The position numbers and the translations under genes were made by a program. A stretch of DNA of 64,000 nt, from the IMG/VR virus record IMGVR_UViG_3300021171_000008, positions 14,423-78,422 of that record; one strand, 5' to 3'. This stretch comes from a virus. Positions 1 to 9,293 of this stretch are shown here, piece by piece; within the stretch, counting starts at the first letter, position 1, and each line of letters begins with the position of its first letter. Below the pieces are notes generated by a model that saw only the letters and a list, made by a program, of their open reading frames with translations, did not search any database and was not told the origin of the DNA.

Positions 1-68
1 TTCCTGGCCCAAGCCAGAGCGGTCCTCCACCGGGCCAGCTGGACCGATCGAATCTCCAGGCGCCCACC

Positions 69-1403
69 ATGGGCGACGAGCTGAAGCACGATCCTGGCGG
101 TTACCTGATGAGCGTCGGCGCGGCGATGATGGCCAGCCGCTCGCCCTGGCTGGGCGTCGGCATCGGCGAGGGCCTCGTGGCCGGCAACAAATATCTCCAA
201 GAGCAAAAGGAGCTGGAGAAGAGCTGGGGCTCGACCCAGGCGCAAATCAACAACCTGTCGCAGGAAGCGCGCGACCATGGCGCGGACGCGGATCTGAAGG
301 CCCAGCAGATCCAGATGGGCGCGCTGAATATGAGGCTCTATATGGCGGTGCTGCGCCAGAAGGGCTTGCTCGGCGGGGGGAGCACTAGCGACGGATCGGC
401 CCCGTCAGGGCCCACAGGAGGCCCAGCAGCGCCCTCGACGGGTCTCAAGCCCTTCACGGGCCTCGGCGACCAGACGGGCTCCAGCGCGGCTCCTGGCGGC
501 CCTGGTGGGCCGTCTGGCGCGGCTCCTGCGGGCAGCATCCCTAGCCTCAACGATGACCCAGCCTATAAGGCGGGCGTCGCCCTGGAAGCGCAGGGCAATC
601 AGCAAAACATCATCAGGCCGGGGATCGGCAACGATCTTATCACAAAAGGCAAGGCCCAGCAGGAAGCCGCGAAAGCAGCCTGGGATAAGAAGGCCGAGAT
701 CGCGGCCAAGGGGCAAGAGGCGGTAACGTCGGCGACGACCGAGGCGCAGAAGCCTGCCCTTCAGTCCTATATAGAGAACAGGCAGAAATTCGAGCAGAAC
801 TACGACCAGACCCGGAGCGAAATCTCCGAGCTGTCGAACATCTACCAGCATTTCCAGGCCGGTCGTTCGACCGAGGCGCAAGCCGAGCTGGCGAGCTGGG
901 CGAATGCTTTCGGCCTCAAGCTGCCCCAAGCGGCGGGCTTCGACGCCGGAATGAAGTCGGCGATTCAGCAGGCCTTCGCTGCTGTCGCCAACTCGGGGCT
1001 CCAGAAAGCGCCGCGCGCGGGATTGCGCGAGGCCACGATGATGGTCGCCTCGCCATCGCGCGACCCGGCCGCGTTGCGCAAGATCCTCACCGATCAGCTC
1101 GCGACGCTCGATTACAATCACGATCTCTACCAGAACGTCCCTGGCCACAATCTGAGTGTCAGCGATGACATCGAGGGCTTCACCAAGGCGCACAAGTACG
1201 AGGACTATCTGGGCAAGGCGCGGAAAGAGATTCCGCTGTTCAAGGGCATCACGCCCGAGACGCTGAAGACTACGACCGGCGAAGATTGGCCGGCACCGGC
1301 TTTGCCGAGCGGCCTCCCGGCTGGGACGAGGTGGAGTCCATCGCAAGAGAAGTGGTTCGACCCGTCGGGGAGGGCTTACGACCAGACTGGGAAACCGATC
1401 TGA
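69..1403 (+). CDS. Putative internal virion/ejection protein (5' end may extend upstream of the window)
   Basis: 444 aa, Ala/Gly/Gln-rich with helical stretches; N-terminal GAAMMASRSPWLGVGIGEG segment typical of podovirus ejection proteins; stop overlaps the next start (TGATG). Confidence 0.55.
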   Translation: MGDELKHDPGGYLMSVGAAMMASRSPWLGVGIGEGLVAGNKYLQEQKELEKSWGSTQAQINNLSQEARDHGADADLKAQQIQMGALNMRLYMAVLRQKGLLGGGSTSDGSAPSGPTGGPAAPSTGLKPFTGLGDQTGSSAAPGGPGGPSGAAPAGSIPSLNDDPAYKAGVALEAQGNQQNIIRPGIGNDLITKGKAQQEAAKAAWDKKAEIAAKGQEAVTSATTEAQKPALQSYIENRQKFEQNYDQTRSEISELSNIYQHFQAGRSTEAQAELASWANAFGLKLPQAAGFDAGMKSAIQQAFAAVANSGLQKAPRAGLREATMMVASPSRDPAALRKILTDQLATLDYNHDLYQNVPGHNLSVSDDIEGFTKAHKYEDYLGKARKEIPLFKGITPETLKTTTGEDWPAPALPSGLPAGTRWSPSQEKWFDPSGRAYDQTGKPI

Positions 1404-3340
1404 TGGCCGCGCTCCCCGATGATCTGGTTGACCCGGCACCGCCGCCTTCTGCTGCGCCCGCTGCGCCCGCGCTCCCGAGTGATCTCGTCGATCCAGCTGG
1501 CGCAGCTCCAACTGCGGGAGCTGGCGATAGCGATAGCGCCGCAGGCGCCTTCGGTTACGGCGTGATCAAGGGCATTCCTGGCGGCTCAACTATCGCCTCG
1601 CATGGAGTTCCGATCGCCATGCGTATTGGCAACGCCCTGAACTGGCTGAAGGGCGGCCCCAACGCAGACCAAATAAAAGCCATGGGCGGGGTGCCCCAAG
1701 ATGCTGACGCGGCAAGCGCGGCGCTGTCGTCCAAGGGCAAGGCAGCGGCTGAAGAACACCCATGGCTTTATACGGCGGGAACCGCGCTCCCGATGGCTTT
1801 GGCTCCTGGGAGCGGCTCAGTCGCGGGGGCGGCTGGCTACGGCGGAGCGCTTGGCGTCAGCGAGGGCGTCGATGAAGGCGACAGCTACGCCGGCATCGCC
1901 ACCAAGGGGGTTCTTGGCGCGGCTGGAGGAGGTCTTGGAGCCGCCGCCATAAACAAGGTCGTTCCCGTTTTTGGAGACGCCACGCGCAAGGCCGTTCTTG
2001 AAGCCGCACAGCGCTTGAACACGACCATGCCGCGCTTCGCGGCCTCGACGAGCCCGCTTGTTAAGCGTGCGGGCATGATTGGCTTCAGCGTCCCTGGCAT
2101 GTCGACGCCGATCGAGGAAGCAACCCACGCATCAGTGTCAGGAATGGGCGCTGCTGCGGAGCAGACGGCGGCTGGCGCGACGAAGCAAACCGCTGGCGAG
2201 GCGGCGAGCACCGGCCTCAAGGATTGGATCGGACCAACCTCACAAGGCGAAGTCGACGCCTACTACAACCGCGCCAACGCCGCGATGAATCAGAGCGCCA
2301 AAACGCCGCTCTATACGACGCAGTCCATCGCCAGTCAGATCGCCCAACGCCGACAAGCCGCCGGCATCTCAGGCACCGGAGGCGCGGTCGACCACGTCAT
2401 GGATGCGCTCCAGCGGCCCGGTGGGCTGACATACAACGGCATCAAAGATCTGCGGTCGAGCGTCGGCGAAATGATGAACCAGAGCATCCTCCCGCAGGGG
2501 ATGTCTGGGGCCGAGCTGAAACAAATCTACAGCGGCTTGAGCACCGATCTCGATCGCGCAGCGTATACGGCTGGTGGCCAGCAAGGATTGCAGCTGCACA
2601 ACGCCGCGAACGCTTTCGCGAAACAAACCGCCGACCGCCGGGATCAGTTATCCGCGCTCTTGGGTGGTCCGAAGGCGGGTGCGTCGGATGAGGCGGTCTT
2701 TCAGGCGCTCAAGACCGCCGCTGGCAAAACAGGCGGAGCAGACATCGATCTCTTGAGGAAAGCGAGCACGGCCATTACGCCGCAGAGCTGGGACCATGTC
2801 GCTCGTGGCATGGTTTCGACGCTGGGCCGAGACGCCGATGGCAACTTTAGCCCGCAGCGTTTCATAACCGATTACGGGAAAATCTCGGACGACGCGAAGG
2901 GCGTCCTGTTTGGGCAGAATCCCCAGCTGCGCCAGAACCTCGACGACCTCCACACTGTATCATCACAGTGGAAGAGCCTTTACAAATACGCGAACCCCTC
3001 GGGGACCGCCGGACATGGCGCGGGCATCGGCATGGCGATCGAGGGCTGGCGCCACCCGCTTAAAACGCTCGGGCTGTATCTCACTGGATCAGGCGTTGGC
3101 AAACTCTTGGCGACCCCTGCGGGCGCAGGAGGAGCCGCAAATTTTGTGAGGGCAGTAGGCTCTGGGAATCTCAACGCGATCCGAGACGCGGCGACGCGGG
3201 TTTCGGCGACCGCAGGGGCACAGTTTGGCGCGCGCGTCGATCCTATGGCGCTGGCCGCCTTGGCGATGGAGCGGCCTTGGGAAGGAGAAGGTGGAGAGCA
3301 CGGCGCAGGGGATACAGGCGGCGGCGGGCAGCCTCAATGA
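1403..3340 (+). CDS. Putative large internal virion/DNA ejection protein
   Basis: ATG at 1403 overlaps the upstream stop; ~645 aa Ala/Gly-rich; duplicated LP(D/S)DLVDP motif at the N-terminus. Confidence 0.55.
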   Translation: MAALPDDLVDPAPPPSAAPAAPALPSDLVDPAGAAPTAGAGDSDSAAGAFGYGVIKGIPGGSTIASHGVPIAMRIGNALNWLKGGPNADQIKAMGGVPQDADAASAALSSKGKAAAEEHPWLYTAGTALPMALAPGSGSVAGAAGYGGALGVSEGVDEGDSYAGIATKGVLGAAGGGLGAAAINKVVPVFGDATRKAVLEAAQRLNTTMPRFAASTSPLVKRAGMIGFSVPGMSTPIEEATHASVSGMGAAAEQTAAGATKQTAGEAASTGLKDWIGPTSQGEVDAYYNRANAAMNQSAKTPLYTTQSIASQIAQRRQAAGISGTGGAVDHVMDALQRPGGLTYNGIKDLRSSVGEMMNQSILPQGMSGAELKQIYSGLSTDLDRAAYTAGGQQGLQLHNAANAFAKQTADRRDQLSALLGGPKAGASDEAVFQALKTAAGKTGGADIDLLRKASTAITPQSWDHVARGMVSTLGRDADGNFSPQRFITDYGKISDDAKGVLFGQNPQLRQNLDDLHTVSSQWKSLYKYANPSGTAGHGAGIGMAIEGWRHPLKTLGLYLTGSGVGKLLATPAGAGGAANFVRAVGSGNLNAIRDAATRVSATAGAQFGARVDPMALAALAMERPWEGEGGEHGAGDTGGGGQPQ

Positions 3341-3542
3341 GAGCCGCGCGCGCCTCGCGCGTCTCGCGCGCATTGTATTCCTCCAACGACTCCCCGCCTC
3401 GCGCCTTCTGCGCCCTCCAATATTCCTGCGCCCATTTTTCGCGCTCCTCGGTTTCCTTGCGGTCGTTAGAACCGCCGAAAAGCACTTCGGCGAGAAGGAT
3501 AAGGATGAAGGTTGCGGGGGAAACAATCCAAATGACGGTCAC
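3243..3542 (-). CDS. Small membrane-anchored hypothetical protein (moron-like)
   Basis: GTG at 3542 preceded by GGAGTCGA RBS and a promoter/operator; N-terminal TM helix, charged tail. Confidence 0.55.
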   Translation of the reverse strand: MTVIWIVSPATFILILLAEVLFGGSNDRKETEEREKWAQEYWRAQKARGGESLEEYNARETREARAALIEAARRRLYPLRRALHLLLPKAAPSPRRPAP

Positions 3543-3671
3543 GGTTTCGACTCCTGTAGGCGACATAAATATAGCGTTATTTGCACGATCTGCAAGTGCC
3601 GGTCAGGGCTCGCACACCTTGTCCGAAGCGGCAGTCGGTACCATGCTTCAGCGGACGCGATGGTCATCAGG

Positions 3672-4001
3672 TCAGGCCTCCCGGCGCCGCTGCGCTGCCG
3701 CTTCAAGATCTTCTGCTCGGCGAATGAGCCCTGCGGCTCTCGCCCTCAACTGCTCGGCGCGCCTGATCAGAAATTCTGGGGCGACCTCATTGGCCGTGAA
3801 GCGTTCGCCGTCGATGGCGAGTTCCAATTGATCGGATTCCAGCTCAGTTGCGATGATCTGTCGGAGGCGAGTCCGGCCCAGGCGCTCGCGGGTTTTTTCC
3901 GGCAGGCTTGCCCAGACTGCGTCTTCAAGCGTGGTGGAGCGGTGCTTGTCGGCAAGGGCGGCTTGGATACGGTCTGTGATGGGGGTCTGGTCATCTTGCA
4001 T
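3672..4001 (-). CDS. Hypothetical protein
   Basis: ORF from ATG 4001 (MQDDQTPITDRIQ...), helical. Confidence 0.45.
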   Translation of the reverse strand: MQDDQTPITDRIQAALADKHRSTTLEDAVWASLPEKTRERLGRTRLRQIIATELESDQLELAIDGERFTANEVAPEFLIRRAEQLRARAAGLIRRAEDLEAAAQRRREA

Positions 4002-4059
4002 CTGGCTGTCTCTCGCGTCACCCTTCCGATCCCCTACCATGACGTGAGAGACACCGAAA

Positions 4060-4365
4060 GTGGCGATTACAAGAGACAGAGAAGGACCCATTCAGCGGGT
4101 GATACTGGCGACGCTGACGCGGTTAAACAACCTCACTGTTCTCGATTTGACGGCGATAGGGCTCAAGATCGAGCGCGAGAAAGCGACAGACATCCACATC
4201 AGAAGCGTGAAGCGCGCGCTGAAGCGTCTAATCGAAACTGGGAAGGTCATCGAAACCCGCTTTCGCACAAAGAACGGGGAGAAACAATATTCGCTCGTAG
4301 GCGGAGCCCAAAGGAAGCGCGAGCGGAAACCGCCGCCGCGAAAACCGCTATCGGTCGTCAAATAG
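4060..4365 (+). CDS. Winged-helix-like DNA-binding protein
   Basis: Basic 101 aa; SVKRALKRLIETGKVIE...QYSL pattern resembles a wHTH recognition helix plus wing. Confidence 0.45.
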   Translation: MAITRDREGPIQRVILATLTRLNNLTVLDLTAIGLKIEREKATDIHIRSVKRALKRLIETGKVIETRFRTKNGEKQYSLVGGAQRKRERKPPPRKPLSVVK

Positions 4366-4374
4366 GAGGCCGCC

Positions 4375-5376
4375 ACGGCTAGCACGTACACCCCCAACCT
4401 CGCCCTCGAAATTCCGGCCCACGGCGACTACGCGGCGACGGGTTGGGACAATCCGATGGACAACTCGCTCAATCAGCTCGACACGGGTTATGGCGGGTTT
4501 CTCTCCCTCTCGTGCACAGGCGGCAGCCTCTCCCTCACCGTCGCCCAGGCCTCGAACCCGGTCATCGAGCTGTACGGCACGCTCTCCAGCGACCAGTACA
4601 TCTCCTTCCCGCCGATCGCCGGCCGCCGCGTCATCATCCAGGCCATCAATCTCAATGGTTTCACGCTCTATGTGCGCGGCAACAACTTCAACGACCCGAC
4701 CGGGATCTATTTCTTCACCAGCTTCGGCATTCCCTATCCGATCATCGTCACCCCGAGTCGGGTCTACTGGGATTACGGTCCCGTCGGGCCGGGGACGATC
4801 GCGGAGATGCCGACGACGTTCATTCACAATGGCTGGCTGCCGTGCGACGGCCGCTATGTGAGTCAGACGCAGCACGATCTCCTGTACGACATCATTGGCG
4901 GGACCTGGGGGATCAGCGGCGCCTATTTCGCGCTTCCCGATTATCGCGGGTCGGTGACCGCGATGGCGGACAACATCGGCGCCGTCCCGGCCTCGGGGCC
5001 TTACTCCGTCAATGAGGGTAGCCGGGGCGTCCTGAACGGCTGGGGGGTGGTGACCTTCGCGGGCGAGGCGGCGCATCAGCTTCAGGTCGCCGAGCTGCCG
5101 GGGCACAATCACCCCGGCAGCGGGGACTCGGGGCACGCGCACGGCGTCTACGATCCTGGCCACGCGCATGGCGGGGTCGTCACCGGCTTGTCAGTGCCGG
5201 GACCGATAGCGGGCGGACAGGGCGGCAATCTCGCCATGGGCGTCTCCGCTGCGGCGGGAACCGGCATCGGCATCGAGGTCGGTTACGCCAACATCGTCGT
5301 CGCGGCGCAAGGCAGCTGGGTGGCCCACAACAACGTCCAACCGACGACATGCACAATGAAGATGATCAGGTGGTAG
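4375..5376 (+). CDS. Tail fibre protein with phage tail-collar domain (apparent ACG start)
   Basis: Collar motif GWLPCDGRYVSQ..HDLLYDIIG..W....FALPDYRG, His/Gly repeats and HNNVQP end; in-frame ASTYTPNLALEIP N-terminus follows AGGAGG-N5-ACG. Confidence 0.8.
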   Translation, partial: TASTYTPNLALEIPAHGDYAATGWDNPMDNSLNQLDTGYGGFLSLSCTGGSLSLTVAQASNPVIELYGTLSSDQYISFPPIAGRRVIIQAINLNGFTLYVRGNNFNDPTGIYFFTSFGIPYPIIVTPSRVYWDYGPVGPGTIAEMPTTFIHNGWLPCDGRYVSQTQHDLLYDIIGGTWGISGAYFALPDYRGSVTAMADNIGAVPASGPYSVNEGSRGVLNGWGVVTFAGEAAHQLQVAELPGHNHPGSGDSGHAHGVYDPGHAHGGVVTGLSVPGPIAGGQGGNLAMGVSAAAGTGIGIEVGYANIVVAAQGSWVAHNNVQPTTCTMKMIRW

Positions 5377-5448
5377 CCCAACGGTCACGGAATCGTGTTA
5401 TCGCCTGAGGGCTCGAAAGGGAGAGACCCCCCAAAAGGAGAAAAAGCA

Positions 5449-6204
5449 ATGGCACGAGGTCAACGTCAGCTAGTTTGGATTACACCAGTTCATTTCGATC
5501 ACTCGGGACGCCCCGTCGATCCCGACTATGGAATCGATGAAGGCGGACGCCCCGGACAGGGGCTTCCCGGTTGGGGCGGTCGTCCCGAAGGCGGGTGGGA
5601 TCGTCCCGAGCGTCCCGAGCGCCCTGGTCACCTTCCGGGTTGGGGCGGTCGCCCTGTCGATCCGGGCTATGGCGTCGAGGGGCCTGAGGGCGGCGGCGGC
5701 GAGCCTCCCGTCTGGCCGGTCGATCCGGAATACCCGGATCAGGGCCTGCCTCCGTCTGTGCCTCCTGGCATTCCGGAGCTGCCTCCGGGCGCCATCTGGC
5801 CGCCGTTGCCTCCGAGCATTCCTCCCGGCAAGGCAGTTGCGATCATCTACATTTCCGGCGTCGGCTCGCGCTGGGCGGTGATCGATGTTCCGGAGCGCCC
5901 CGAGCGGCCCGAGCGGCCGGTCGATCCGGACTATGGCGTCGATGAAGGCGAGCAACCCGAAACCCAGCCGCCAGGACGGCCAGGACAGGGCTTGCCGCGC
6001 CCGCCGCAGGGTGGCCGTCCAGAGCGCCCCGGCCAAGGCTTGCCTCCGCAACGTCCGGGTATGCCCGAGCGCCCAGAGCGTCCCGAGCTTCCAGGCCAAG
6101 GCCTGCCCCCGACCCGCCCGACACCTCCCGCAGGCGGCGTCGGCGGCAGGCCTCCGCAGCGTCCAGGCCCAGCTCCGATCCCGCCGCGTGAGCCGAAGCG
6201 GTAA
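5449..6204 (+). CDS. Proline-rich repeat protein (PGQGLP / PVDPDYG / PERPER repeats)
   Basis: AGGAG RBS upstream of ATG 5449; repeated peptides visible in the translation. Confidence 0.7.
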   Translation: MARGQRQLVWITPVHFDHSGRPVDPDYGIDEGGRPGQGLPGWGGRPEGGWDRPERPERPGHLPGWGGRPVDPGYGVEGPEGGGGEPPVWPVDPEYPDQGLPPSVPPGIPELPPGAIWPPLPPSIPPGKAVAIIYISGVGSRWAVIDVPERPERPERPVDPDYGVDEGEQPETQPPGRPGQGLPRPPQGGRPERPGQGLPPQRPGMPERPERPELPGQGLPPTRPTPPAGGVGGRPPQRPGPAPIPPREPKR

Positions 6205-6371
6205 AACAAATCGCCGAGTCTCTAGCGCGGGGACATAGGCGGTAAGGCAGCGGCGGCGCGTTCCTCCCACAGCGTCGCCGCAGCTGATTTTTTGCACAGC
6301 TTGCAAATTACGTGTTATGAATTTGTGGTCTTAGAGTCGTAAACCCAATCTCGAAAGCGGGGTACTTCGGA

Positions 6372-7094
6372 ATGAACAAGCTTCTATTGACCACAGCGCT
6401 GTTCGCGGCGATCGGCGCGAGTCCGGCCAAGGCGACGCTCCAGATCGCCTTCACTGACGGTTCGACCGTAGTCACTTGCGCCGACGGTCAGTCCTGCGAT
6501 CTCGCTGGACCGGCGCACAACATCATCATCCTCAACGAAACGGTGGGCGCGTTCCACATTATCGGCACCGTGGCCGCGAGCGTCAGCGGCTCGGCCGAGG
6601 ATAACCTCCAGTTCTCAACCTCGCTGATCTCGAACAGCGGATCGAGCGAAGGGCATTTGCGGATCGTGGTGGGCGACACCAATTTCGTCGGCCCGGTCAA
6701 TGCGGTGCGGGAGAGCGCATCCCTGACCTTCAACGATGCGCTCGGCAGCGGGCCTTCGACGCTCGGCTTCTTCGCCGATCCGGCCAATGGCCAGCCAGCG
6801 GGCATCGGCCTCGCCACTCCCGGCCAGACCCTGTTTCAGGACAGCGGCTCGCCGTCGTCCAACCCGTTCTCGTTCGCGGGCTCCAACCTGTCGCCGTTCT
6901 TCGCTAATGGTCCGTTCAGCATGTCGGAAGCAGCTACGCTCGGATTGCGCGGCGGCGCGAGCATCACCGGCTTCAACGAGAGCATGGAATCGAACGCGAT
7001 CCCCGAGCCCTCGACCTGGGCGATGATCTTGCTCGGCTTCGGCGTGCTGGGGCTCCTCGGGTTTCACAAGCGCAAGGCCCAGCTCGTGGTCTGA
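6372..7094 (+). CDS. Secreted PEP-CTERM (PEPxxWA-type) sorting-domain protein
   Basis: N-terminal signal peptide (MNKLLLTTALFAAIGASPAKA); C-terminal IPEPSTWAMILLGFGVLGLLGFHKRK = PEP motif + TM helix + basic tail. Confidence 0.9.
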   Translation: MNKLLLTTALFAAIGASPAKATLQIAFTDGSTVVTCADGQSCDLAGPAHNIIILNETVGAFHIIGTVAASVSGSAEDNLQFSTSLISNSGSSEGHLRIVVGDTNFVGPVNAVRESASLTFNDALGSGPSTLGFFADPANGQPAGIGLATPGQTLFQDSGSPSSNPFSFAGSNLSPFFANGPFSMSEAATLGLRGGASITGFNESMESNAIPEPSTWAMILLGFGVLGLLGFHKRKAQLVV

Positions 7095-7120
7095 CCGGCT
7101 TTCTCCAGTAGTCGGTTCTT

Positions 7121-7148
7121 GGGGCGGCTTCGGCCGCCCCTTTTTGTT
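7121..7148 (+). terminator. Rho-independent terminator
   Basis: GGGGCGGC-TTCG-GCCGCCCC followed by TTTTTGTT. Confidence 0.85.
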
Positions 7149-7220
7149 GCGGGAACGAATCGAGATCGTTCGCGACCGCCGTGCGGATGTGGCATAACGA
7201 TGGCGGGCTAGCCGTTCGGC

Positions 7221-7688
7221 ATGGGGGAACCCATGACCCAACTCACAGAACATTTCACGCTCTCGGAGTTCACCGACTCGCAGACGGCAGCTCGCCAGGG
7301 CATCCACAATGTGCCGCCGGCCAGCAGCCAGGAGCGCAAGAACATCCAGCGCACCGCAGAGGTGATGGAGAAGGTCCGCACCCTCCTCGGCGACAAGCCT
7401 ATCTTGATCAGCTCGGGCTACCGCTGCCCACAGCTCAACGCAGCGGTGGGGGGCAGCAAATCGAGCGCCCACATGAGCGGGCTCGCGGTCGACTTCAGTT
7501 GCCCTGGCTATGGCACGCCGCTCCACATCTGCAAGCACTTGCACTCGCACATGAAGGAGCTGGGCATCGACCAGCTGATCCACGAATATGACACTTGGGT
7601 GCATCTCGGGCTGCGCGCTACTGACATGACGCCGCGTCATCAGGCGCTGACCATCGACAGCAAGGGCACCCGCAGCGGGTTCGCATGA
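7221..7688 (+). CDS. Endolysin, peptidase M15A family
   Basis: HFTLSEF..SQTA, SSGYRCPQLNAAVGG...SAH..GLAVD and WVHLG motifs (Zn-binding H/D/H). Confidence 0.9.
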   Translation: MGEPMTQLTEHFTLSEFTDSQTAARQGIHNVPPASSQERKNIQRTAEVMEKVRTLLGDKPILISSGYRCPQLNAAVGGSKSSAHMSGLAVDFSCPGYGTPLHICKHLHSHMKELGIDQLIHEYDTWVHLGLRATDMTPRHQALTIDSKGTRSGFA

Positions 7689-7996
7689 TGCTCGCCCAGC
7701 TTCCGCCGACGGCCTCCACAAAGATTGTCGATTACCCAGGAGTGGTTGCGTGCATTGGCATCGCCACCGTCACTGCGGGGCTTTTGTGGGTCATCAATCG
7801 ATACGATGCGACGGGCGGCACGCTGACCATCTCACTGATTGTGGTGCTGGCGTTTGTCGCGGTCGTCGCGTTCTCTTTGCTCTACAATATCCCTTCAGAC
7901 GATGAGGTGACGCCGGGAGTTGTTGGCGGCCTCGTCGCCGCGTTCGGCGCGGTCGTCGCGTTCTGGCTGGGGAGATCAAGGGAAGGTCCGAAATGA
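7685..7996 (+). CDS. Putative holin (3 TM segments)
   Basis: Three hydrophobic segments, overlaps the endolysin stop. Confidence 0.55.
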   Translation: MMLAQLPPTASTKIVDYPGVVACIGIATVTAGLLWVINRYDATGGTLTISLIVVLAFVAVVAFSLLYNIPSDDEVTPGVVGGLVAAFGAVVAFWLGRSREGPK

Positions 7997-8181
7997 GTCC
8001 GCTCGGAATCATCCTCCTCATCGTCCTGATCGTCATCTTGTTTGGAGGGATCAGCCCGCACTTCTATCAGGGCGCGCCTTGGGGACCGGGCTACGGCTGG
8101 GGCAACGGCGGGATCGGCCTCATCGGCATCCTCCTGATCGTCCTCCTCCTGCTGCTGGTCTCGGGGCACTTCCCGTACTAA
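7993..8181 (+). CDS. Small membrane protein, DUF3309-like
   Basis: Two hydrophobic helices flanking a Gly/Trp/Tyr loop (GGISPHFYQGAPWGPGYGWGNGG). Confidence 0.65.
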   Translation: MSPLGIILLIVLIVILFGGISPHFYQGAPWGPGYGWGNGGIGLIGILLIVLLLLLVSGHFPY

Positions 8182-8385
8182 AGGGGAGGCCGCACTTCCG
8201 TAGGAGGTAAATCTAGGAGAAGGCGGCCTCCCAAGTCGCCCCCCGCAAGGGCGGTGCAAGGGGGGCTGACATGGCTAGGTTGTGGGACCCAGCCAATTCC
8301 ACGCCTATAGCGCGGTCCACGGGGATTTGCACGTTCTGTTTTGCACCCCGTGCTAGGGATAACTACCTAGCGCGGGGGAAGTTCC

Positions 8386-8634
8386 TCACCGCTGGCCGCT
8401 CCAGCCATCTTCGATCCACGGGGCGTCTTCTTGCCGTCGCTGCGAGTGCTTGGCCCACGGCGGCTCCTCGGGAACCTTGGCCCGGTCTTGCCGTTGCAAC
8501 TCTTTGATATTCGCGCGCAGCGTTGCGATGGCTTGTCTGGCTTCGTCCAGACCGGGCTCCCCGGCTTTCTCCAAGCGGGCAAAATCAGCCTCGCAGATAT
8601 CAAGGATCTTCCAGTACGGCTCTAGGTCCAGCAT
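8386..8634 (-). CDS. Hypothetical protein
   Basis: GGAGTCGA RBS before ATG 8634. Confidence 0.55.
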   Translation of the reverse strand: MLDLEPYWKILDICEADFARLEKAGEPGLDEARQAIATLRANIKELQRQDRAKVPEEPPWAKHSQRRQEDAPWIEDGWSGQR

Positions 8635-8652
8635 ATTCGACTCCGTTGACTG

Positions 8653-9000
8653 TCACGACAGCGCGATCAGCTGATCGGCGATGGCGTAGGCCGTGTCCGT
8701 GTCCTTCGTCGACCAGTCCGTGACCGGGTTCTGGCCGCGCCGCACGATCGCCAGCGAGACAGCGAGGATGGCGTCGCGCCGCGCCTCGGAGCGCTTGATC
8801 GCGTTGCCGTTAGCGGCGGCGGCGATGCCGAGATCCACATCGCCATGGATCTCCTTGTCGGACGGCGGGATGGAGCCGAGCATGCGCTTGAACGCAGGGG
8901 CTTCGCGCAGCGGCGCGCTCGCTGGAATGCCGACGCCAGGGCGAATGGCTTCGTGATCAGCAAGAGAAGATGTGGTGGCTTGGTAGGCGTCGTCACTCAT
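8653..9000 (-). CDS. Hypothetical protein
   Basis: Translationally coupled leftward operon. Confidence 0.5.
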   Translation of the reverse strand: MSDDAYQATTSSLADHEAIRPGVGIPASAPLREAPAFKRMLGSIPPSDKEIHGDVDLGIAAAANGNAIKRSEARRDAILAVSLAIVRRGQNPVTDWSTKDTDTAYAIADQLIALS

Positions 9001-9293
9001 TTGAGTTGTTCCTTCAGTTTATTGAGTCCCCTGGCCCGGTCGGGGTCTTGGACCGTCTCTGGCGCCGTGACCTCGATGCGCGGCTCGTCGAGGTTCCAAG
9101 TCGGAGGCAGCTTGGTGATCTCAACCGTCCAGTCGCGGTCTTGCTCACCGGCGCGATGCTGAAGCGCCTCTGGCGCATAGGCGGTGTAGCAGCGTTGCGG
9201 CCACGGGTACTTCCAGATGGCGTGCTTGCGACATGCGGCGGCCGAGGGGGTCGCCAGTGTGATGGCGATCACAGCGAGCGCGGCCCGTTTCAT
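8997..9293 (-). CDS. Secreted hypothetical protein
   Basis: Signal-peptide-like N-terminus MKRAALAVIAITLATPSAAA. Confidence 0.5.
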   Translation of the reverse strand: MKRAALAVIAITLATPSAAACRKHAIWKYPWPQRCYTAYAPEALQHRAGEQDRDWTVEITKLPPTWNLDEPRIEVTAPETVQDPDRARGLNKLKEQLK

